In this document: positions 57,793 through 64,000 of the stretch, piece by piece
Position numbering within the stretch: the first letter of the stretch is position 1
Layout: every line of letters begins with the position of its first letter
IMG/VR virus record: IMGVR_UViG_3300013132_000026
Span: 63,127-127,126 of that record
Reading direction: 5' to 3' (one strand)
DNA length: 64,000 bases
DNA from: a virus
Position numbers and translations under genes: made by a program
The notes under the pieces: model-generated
What the model saw: the letters and a program-made list of their open reading frames with translations, nothing else
The model's database searches: none
Told to the model about the DNA's origin: nothing

Positions 57793-58938
57793 ATGAAAAT
57801 CACACTCAAGCGCACTCCAGAACAAGTTGAGCTGATCAAAGCGATGGCGAGCCGTAACCGCTCCGTTGCTTATGATGCTCAAGTTGCTCTCGCTGAATTC
57901 ATTGGACCGGTACTCGCGGAAGTTATCAACAATGCTCCGACACTGAGCAATCTGTTCACCAGCCTCGCGTACAATGCTGACGATAATCCCAGCATCCCAC
58001 TCGACCTCTACTACGACATCACTGACGAGGACTACATCACTGTATACTCCCAGTCCGTCGCTGGCGGTCTTCCCACCAACCAAGTTCTTCCCACGACTTC
58101 AGAAATGAAGGTCGCTACCTACTCGCTGGATAGCGCACTCTCGTTCGACCGTCGCTATGCTGCGAAGCATCGCATGGACGTTGTCGCGAAGACCTTCACC
58201 CGCATGGCTCAGGAAATCCTCCTGAAGCAAGAGCGCACCTCGGCTACCCTGACGATGGCCGCTCTCGCCGCTGCCACGACCAACGCCAAGCAGCACGTTC
58301 AGCGTTCGAATCAGTCTGGCCGCTTCTTGCTGGCCGACTTGAACGAGCTGCTGACCCTCGCAAAGCGTATTAACACTTCGTGGGCTAACGGCACGCCCGC
58401 CACGGGCGCTCGCGCTGGCCTGACCGACATTTTGGTTTCCCCAGAAATCGTTGAGCAGATCCGTGCGATGGCTTACAACCCCATCAACACTGTTGCTGGC
58501 GTCACCGACACGACCGGAACCGAAGCTGGTTCTACCGTTGGTATCGCTGCTCCAGACGCGATCCGTATGGCCGTTTACAACAGCGCTGGTATCCCAAGCT
58601 TCTACGGCGTTTCGATCCTTGAGTTCAACGAACTCGGTAAGGGTCAGAAGTTCAACACGATCTTCGACACTGCCGCTTCCACGACCGAGTACTCCAAGGC
58701 CGATGGCACTGGCGCTGCTCAGTTCAACGGTGCGACCTCCGAAATCATTGTTGGTATCGACCGCAGCCGCGACTCGCTCATCCGCGTCGTTGCTACCGAT
58801 CCAGATTCCAACTCGGAATTCACGCTCGTTGCTGACGACCAGTACAGCATCCGTCAGAACAAGATCGGCTACTTCGGCTCGCTCGAAGAAGGCCGCGTAA
58901 TTCTCGACAATCGCGCCCTCGTTGGCAAGATCGTCTAA
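57793..58938 (+). CDS. major capsid protein (HK97 fold)
   Basis: 381 aa, canonical position, strongly biased codons, followed by a terminator. Confidence 0.82.
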   Translation: MKITLKRTPEQVELIKAMASRNRSVAYDAQVALAEFIGPVLAEVINNAPTLSNLFTSLAYNADDNPSIPLDLYYDITDEDYITVYSQSVAGGLPTNQVLPTTSEMKVATYSLDSALSFDRRYAAKHRMDVVAKTFTRMAQEILLKQERTSATLTMAALAAATTNAKQHVQRSNQSGRFLLADLNELLTLAKRINTSWANGTPATGARAGLTDILVSPEIVEQIRAMAYNPINTVAGVTDTTGTEAGSTVGIAAPDAIRMAVYNSAGIPSFYGVSILEFNELGKGQKFNTIFDTAASTTEYSKADGTGAAQFNGATSEIIVGIDRSRDSLIRVVATDPDSNSEFTLVADDQYSIRQNKIGYFGSLEEGRVILDNRALVGKIV

Positions 58939-58963
58939 GGTTACTTAGAAAGCAAGCTCAAAG

Positions 58964-58991
58964 CCCACCCCTGAAAGGGGGTGGGTTTTTT
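58964..58991 (+). terminator. intrinsic terminator after the major capsid gene
   Basis: CCCACCCCT-GAAA-GGGGGTGGG-TTTTTT. Confidence 0.85.
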
Positions 58992-59047
58992 ATTAATCAA
59001 AATCTAATGCCTCATAGAAAAGTGTAAATACTAAGTTAGTATCTCGT

Positions 59048-59443
59048 ATGGAAACTTCTATCGGCAAAGATCAAGAAAATGGCAAAAAGAGTCTGATCGA
59101 CGAGATGAACGCGATCAAAGATAAGAATTCGTCTGAATATCGCGATAAGGTTCGTGAATTGGAAACGGCGCTAGGTATTAAAGAAGTTAATGCTTTCGGA
59201 ACGGCAAACCGAAAGGTCTTCGAAGAGAACTTGGACAATATGTCTCTGATCGATATCCAGAATTTCGCCCGAAAACTCAAGGTTGAGACTTCGGGACAAA
59301 AGGCTGCAATCAAGACTCGTTTGCTGCGTGCTTTTGACACGCAAAACACACAGAATCGAGGATACTTTTCTCCGCAACCACAGAACAAGGAGCTGTTCAC
59401 AAAAGAGCAAAAAGAGAAGCTCCAAAAGATTTTAAATGGCTAA
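59048..59443 (+). CDS. hypothetical late protein (SAP/Rho-N-like helix pair)
   Basis: 'MSL.DIQ..ARKL…SG.K..I..RL'. Confidence 0.6.
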   Translation: METSIGKDQENGKKSLIDEMNAIKDKNSSEYRDKVRELETALGIKEVNAFGTANRKVFEENLDNMSLIDIQNFARKLKVETSGQKAAIKTRLLRAFDTQNTQNRGYFSPQPQNKELFTKEQKEKLQKILNG

Positions 59444-59912
59444 TCTTCAACAAGTCGCGAGCGGTATTTTCTTCTACGAGTTCGACGCTGATGCCAGCGA
59501 AACGAACATCAGTATGATTTCCGGCTGGATGCAGGCAAATTTGGGCGAGTTGAACAACTTGATCTTCACAGATTTCTCTGGCGCAAACGTCGATTTCTTA
59601 CCAGAGCAAGCGAACATTTACAAGCAGCTTTATCTAGGCCACTACTACAAGAAAAAGTCGCGCAATGCGATCAAGGCAGTTGCTGGCGGCACTGGCAACG
59701 CAATCATCTCGATTCGCGACGAAGAGAGTTCCGTTACGTTCGTTAACAGCAACGAAATTAGCAAGCAGTTCCGCACGTTATCTCGCGATGCGTTCGAAGA
59801 GATGAACAAGCTTATCTTTGCGTATAACTATTATCAGGCGCGTCCAACTCAAGTCATTGGTAAATCGATGATCGATGATGTGCTACTGATGACTGGTACT
59901 GGCTTTTACTAA
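59436..59912 (+). CDS. head completion/adaptor candidate
   Basis: Position after the capsid genes, helical. Confidence 0.5.
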   Translation: MANLQQVASGIFFYEFDADASETNISMISGWMQANLGELNNLIFTDFSGANVDFLPEQANIYKQLYLGHYYKKKSRNAIKAVAGGTGNAIISIRDEESSVTFVNSNEISKQFRTLSRDAFEEMNKLIFAYNYYQARPTQVIGKSMIDDVLLMTGTGFY

Positions 59913-59940
59913 GTTTCCCCTGTCAGTCTAAATTAAACTC

Positions 59941-59969
59941 AAAAGCGCACCTCTTACGGTGCGCTTTTT
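59941..59969. terminator. bidirectional intrinsic terminator
   Basis: AAAAGCGCACC-TCTTAC-GGTGCGCTTTTT. Confidence 0.8.
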
Positions 59970-59990
59970 GTGTAAATTTAATTAGCCGCT

Positions 59991-60332
59991 ATGTCCGCTT
60001 CAACGTACAATATTACCGTCGAGAGAAATGTCGATTTCTGCGTCATTTTAACATTAAAAGACGCAAACGGCGCCGCAGTTGACGTTACAAACGCTGTTAT
60101 CGACGCGGAAATCAAGCAAGACTACTACTTTCCAATGTTGGCCGAGTTTACTGTGACGAAAGTTACGCCAGCTTCGGGAATCATTAAGTTAGAGTTGACT
60201 GCGGCTCAAACTGCTCTGCTTCATCCGGGCACTTTAAAGTACGACGTGTTGATCAAATACCTCAACGGCACTTTCCAGAAAATCTTAAAGGGAAATGTTG
60301 GCGTTGACACTAATATCACAACTCTTTCATAA
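59991..60332 (+). CDS. BppU-N-like virion protein
   Basis: 'G.I.L.LTA.QT..L……YDV……..IL.G'. Confidence 0.7.
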   Translation: MSASTYNITVERNVDFCVILTLKDANGAAVDVTNAVIDAEIKQDYYFPMLAEFTVTKVTPASGIIKLELTAAQTALLHPGTLKYDVLIKYLNGTFQKILKGNVGVDTNITTLS

Positions 60333-60334
60333 AA

Positions 60335-61021
60335 ATGGCCGAAGTTGTAGAAGTCATCATCTCTGGAGCGTGCGGTCAAATCGATATCGTCGAGACCGAC
60401 TATTCGCTCCATAATAGCTTACCAGATCTACAAGGTGGTTCTAGCGGTCAATATTACCACATCACTAGCGGTCAGTATGCGGCACTAACTGGATTACCGG
60501 GCAAGACTGTCGATCCGCGATTCAATGTTTACTTCGAAAAAGAAGTTCACGTCTCTGGTGGCTTATATGCGGGAACTGGCTACAGCGCGGAACTGAGCGG
60601 ACTCAGAACAATTGCCGATGGCGAGTTTTACGAGAAGGGCGATGCTCAAGCAGTAGAGTTTATTCTCAAGCGCGAAACGACCGATGGCGGCACATACGAA
60701 ATGGCGTTTCCAGATCAGCTGAAGAAGCTGAATCTGCCCGACACTAGCGCTTGGTCATTTAAGGTGAAGATTGTTGCTCGAACGGGCGGCGGCGACGTTG
60801 CCTCTTGGAATGCAGAAGGCACGATCAAACGCGGCCCAAGTGCCGCATTTACACAAATCGTTGGTGCATCGCATTTAATAAACATTGCAGACGAGATCGG
60901 AACGGGCGGTGTCAGCATTATTGCAAATAGTGTTTACGGCTACTTACAGATAAACGTGACGGGCAAAGCGGCGACAACGATACGCTGGGTAGCGTATCTC
61001 ACGCTGGTACAGATTAAATAA
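60335..61021 (+). CDS. fibre/virion protein
   Basis: 'HN.L..LQGG….YYH.T'. C-terminal domain is paralogous to that of the next gene. Confidence 0.65.
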   Translation: MAEVVEVIISGACGQIDIVETDYSLHNSLPDLQGGSSGQYYHITSGQYAALTGLPGKTVDPRFNVYFEKEVHVSGGLYAGTGYSAELSGLRTIADGEFYEKGDAQAVEFILKRETTDGGTYEMAFPDQLKKLNLPDTSAWSFKVKIVARTGGGDVASWNAEGTIKRGPSAAFTQIVGASHLINIADEIGTGGVSIIANSVYGYLQINVTGKAATTIRWVAYLTLVQIK

Positions 61022-61054
61022 AAAGTGTAAAAATTTAACGGGGGAACTTAACAA

Positions 61055-63085
61055 ATGGCAATCTACTACACGGGCGTACAAGTTGGCAATCAAGTCAACT
61101 TTACAACGGGCGACGTTACTACTGTAGCGTCGGACGTAAAAAACTACATCATCGACCAATCAGTGTCGGGCGGTCAAACTGGATTGGCCCCAAGCACAAA
61201 CGCCGTTTATGTTTTTACAACTGGCGTTTCTGGATACTTTGCTGGTTTAAATGCTAGCTTGACTGGCGCAACTGGTGCGCTGTCAACATTCACTGGTACG
61301 CTCGGAACTGCTGCGTTCCGCGATGTTGCCGACACAGTCACTAACGGCGGCACGGGCCTGCCAACCTCCGATGCGGTATTCGATTTTGCAACGGGCATTT
61401 CCGGCTACCTCTATACAAACGCTGGTGGACTGTATTCGATCTCGGCAACGACCCCCGCTGCTGATGTTGCGAATATCAATCTTACTGGTTTAGTAAGTGG
61501 CGCTTCGTATAACGATTACATTCAGATCTCTGGCGGCGCTGGAATCGATGTTGCCGTTTCTGCCGATATCATTTCCGTTGCGCACGAAGACACTTCGAGT
61601 GTCGCGAATCTTACTGTTAACGCGACTGCTGGTTCCGCCATTACTGGCATCGCGTTTTCATTCGACGGTTTCGGTCACGTTACTGGCGCGACCGGAACAA
61701 CTGCCGTTATCGTTCGCGATCAAATTCAAAGCGGCGTCACAACGACTGCTCCGAGCGAAGGTTCAGTTTTCACGCTCTCTGGTTCGCTGCAAAGCCAAAT
61801 TACAAACGCTCTTAGCTTAACGCTTCAGCAAGTTACCGACAATGGTAGCGTTACGACTAATGGAATTAGCGTTGGCGGCAATTTAATTGTTAGCGGCGAC
61901 GTTACTCTCGGAAACGACGCGAGCGACACGCTCACGATCAATGCCGGTCCAGTAGTTCTCGCTTCTGCGACTCAAAATTCTGAAGCGCTCGTTTTCGGCG
62001 CTAATGACGCTGATCGCGCAACGATTTACAAGCCAGATCCAAGATCGCTTCGTATCGACGGTAGCCTTACCGTTACTGGCGATCTCTATGTCAGCGGCAC
62101 GACCACTTATCTCAACACTCAGCACCTGAATGTTGGTGACAATATCATCACGCTGAATGCCGACTATACTGGCGCGACTGGTATTGAGAATGCGGGCATC
62201 GAAGTGAATCGCGGCGGCGACCCAACTGTTGCGCTTCGCTGGAACGAAGGCACGAATCGCTGGCAGTTCACGAACGACGGTACCGGCTATTACAATATTC
62301 CAGTTGATACCGAGTTCACAACTTACAATCTGGAAATTGCTGCTGGTGGCGCGAACGATGCACGATTGATTCTTACTGGTTCGAACGGCGATTCGAATGA
62401 AATCGCGATCAGCGGCGTTAGCGGTATTCTCGTAACAGAAATTGGAACAGGAACAGTTGTCGTTGCTCACGAAGATACATCTTCGGCTACGAGCGTAACG
62501 AGCACAAACTCGAACGGCACTGTCATTCAGAACTTTACGGGCCTTATCGATACTTATGGCCACGTTACGGGTCTTGGCGTTCAAACTGTCGATCTTGACT
62601 CTCGCTACGCTCAAACTGGATCGGTCACGCTCGATGCGGTTACAGACAACGGCGCTTCTACCGATAACGACATTGTTGTTGGCGGATTAACTGTTTCTGG
62701 AGCAGCGAATGCAAAGTCGGATCACTTCGTTCTCTACAATCAAACGACCGACAACACGACGACTGAACTTTTCTTGCAAGGAACAAGCGGCAGAATCACG
62801 CTCGGTTCGAACTCGGCAATCTCGTTCCGTGGAAGCGTAACTGCTTTCGATACGACAAATACTGCGGCTGCTGGCTGGACTTACGAGTGCGTCGTCGCTA
62901 ATAAGGGCGGCAATACCGCGATTGTTGGATCGGCGCTTGTCACGAAAGTCGGCAGCGATAATAGCGGCTGGGAAGTCTTCGTAGACGGCGACAACGCTGC
63001 CGATGCATTTAGATTGCAAGTAAAGGGATCGAACAGCGCAACGATCAATTGGACTGCTAGTGTAATTACTTCAAAGGTCGGTTAA
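61055..63085 (+). CDS. tail/capsid fibre protein
   Basis: Thr/Gly-rich, 'TLQQVTDNG', 'DNIITLN…AGIEV.RG…..W.E…W' fibre motifs, internal 'AHEDTSS' repeats. Confidence 0.75.
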   Translation: MAIYYTGVQVGNQVNFTTGDVTTVASDVKNYIIDQSVSGGQTGLAPSTNAVYVFTTGVSGYFAGLNASLTGATGALSTFTGTLGTAAFRDVADTVTNGGTGLPTSDAVFDFATGISGYLYTNAGGLYSISATTPAADVANINLTGLVSGASYNDYIQISGGAGIDVAVSADIISVAHEDTSSVANLTVNATAGSAITGIAFSFDGFGHVTGATGTTAVIVRDQIQSGVTTTAPSEGSVFTLSGSLQSQITNALSLTLQQVTDNGSVTTNGISVGGNLIVSGDVTLGNDASDTLTINAGPVVLASATQNSEALVFGANDADRATIYKPDPRSLRIDGSLTVTGDLYVSGTTTYLNTQHLNVGDNIITLNADYTGATGIENAGIEVNRGGDPTVALRWNEGTNRWQFTNDGTGYYNIPVDTEFTTYNLEIAAGGANDARLILTGSNGDSNEIAISGVSGILVTEIGTGTVVVAHEDTSSATSVTSTNSNGTVIQNFTGLIDTYGHVTGLGVQTVDLDSRYAQTGSVTLDAVTDNGASTDNDIVVGGLTVSGAANAKSDHFVLYNQTTDNTTTELFLQGTSGRITLGSNSAISFRGSVTAFDTTNTAAAGWTYECVVANKGGNTAIVGSALVTKVGSDNSGWEVFVDGDNAADAFRLQVKGSNSATINWTASVITSKVG

Positions 63086-63098
63086 TATATAATATAAA

Positions 63099-63866
63099 AT
63101 GCCATTCTACGCTGTAGGACAAACCGGAGTCCCATTTGGGATAATCGATGTAGTTACTCTACCGATTAACGCTGCTGAACTTAATGGATTGAGCGGATCT
63201 TATTTCCGCAACGGTGCGAATTTAACGGGAGTTGTTAATGCGACGCAGCTTGATTCACAGGCAGGATCGTATTATCTTAATGCGACAAATTTAACTGGGA
63301 CAATTAACGCAAGTCAGTTAGATTCACAGTCACCAGCGTTCTATAGAAATGCGACAAATGTCACTGGCACGTTCGATGCCGTTTCTGCTAGTGGAAACGT
63401 TTCGTTTGACGGTGGCTCTTTCGTATTTAATGAAGCTGGGGCTGATAAAGATTTTAGAATCGAAGGCGATACGAATTCGGGGTTATTATTTGCCGATGCT
63501 TCTGTCGATAGAATCGGGATCGGACTGTCATCTCCAGCGGCTAGACTAGATGTTAGCGGCAACTATGCTTCCAACATCACGGCGATGGGAGCCTTGGATG
63601 TTGACTGCTCGGCGGGCAACTACTTCACAAAGACCATCAACGCTAATTCGACGTTTACGTTTAGCAATCCTCCCGCCAGCCGCGCATACGCCTTTGCTCT
63701 TGAGCTAACCCATACGTCGGGAACAGTCACTTGGCCCGCCGCCGTTAAGTGGCCCAAGGACACCGCTCCCACTCTAACTACTGGCAAAACCCATATCTTC
63801 ATCTTTGTCACAGACGACGGTGGTACCCGCTGGCGCGGCGCAGCTCTCGTAGACTACGTTAACTAA
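63099..63866 (+). CDS. fibre protein with C-terminal trimerisation/chaperone-like domain
   Basis: Three 'LD.Q…Y.NATNLTG' repeats, 'VTWP..VKW….P.L…..F.T.DGG..W.G'. Confidence 0.72.
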   Translation: MPFYAVGQTGVPFGIIDVVTLPINAAELNGLSGSYFRNGANLTGVVNATQLDSQAGSYYLNATNLTGTINASQLDSQSPAFYRNATNVTGTFDAVSASGNVSFDGGSFVFNEAGADKDFRIEGDTNSGLLFADASVDRIGIGLSSPAARLDVSGNYASNITAMGALDVDCSAGNYFTKTINANSTFTFSNPPASRAYAFALELTHTSGTVTWPAAVKWPKDTAPTLTTGKTHIFIFVTDDGGTRWRGAALVDYVN

Positions 63867-63871
63867 TTCCT

Positions 63872-64000
63872 ATGGATCCGAACGTACTTAGACTTGCAAT
63901 GGGTGCTGGTGGGGCTGGTGAGGCTCAATATGAACTTTACACCTTTGGACGCAATACGAATGGCCAACTCGGCTTAGGAGACACAACTGATCGCTCATCA
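63872..64000 (+). CDS. 3'-truncated RCC1-repeat protein
   Basis: MDPNVLRLAMGAGG…LYTFGRNTNGQLGLGDTTDRSS; 'G.N..GQLG.G' is the RCC1 motif. Confidence 0.7.
   Translation, partial: MDPNVLRLAMGAGGAGEAQYELYTFGRNTNGQLGLGDTTDRSS

Overview
This is a 64-kb segment of a large tailed dsDNA bacteriophage. It has a siphovirus-type lambda L/K/I/J tail-tip module, uses the standard genetic code and has almost no Shine-Dalgarno sites. Left to right: (1) class Ia nrdA/nrdB; (2) an isolated minus-strand tail-tip operon with gpL, a JAB-only gpK, a giant gpI and a gpJ split into two genes; (3) a long plus-strand early/middle region with a deaminase, a T4 beta-glucosyltransferase-like gene, uvsE, rIIA/rIIB, three tRNAs, a metallophosphoesterase, endonuclease VII, a DUF6745-like gene pair, a tandem array of CCAAGTG-based 'QVxx' repeat mini-genes and a RuvB-like ATPase; (4) a divergent immediate-early region (about 39-45.5 kb) with leaderless sigma70-type promoters around a structured non-coding repeat array; (5) the late region with PhoH, a phage sigma-like factor, HNH and ERCC4 nucleases, terminase, portal, protease/scaffold, major capsid and fibre proteins, marked by a recurring GTGTAA motif. 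The most unusual signals are the QV-repeat mini-gene array next to a repeat-less DUF6745-like protein, the split gpJ halves sharing an 'MKxLNPxRFxRG' leader beside a JAB protease, a CCNGGCCNGG / CGCATA-N25-TATGCG site array in a genome that otherwise avoids CCWGG, and a tRNA(UAU) with a long variable arm. All family calls come from motif recognition by eye; no database searches were run.
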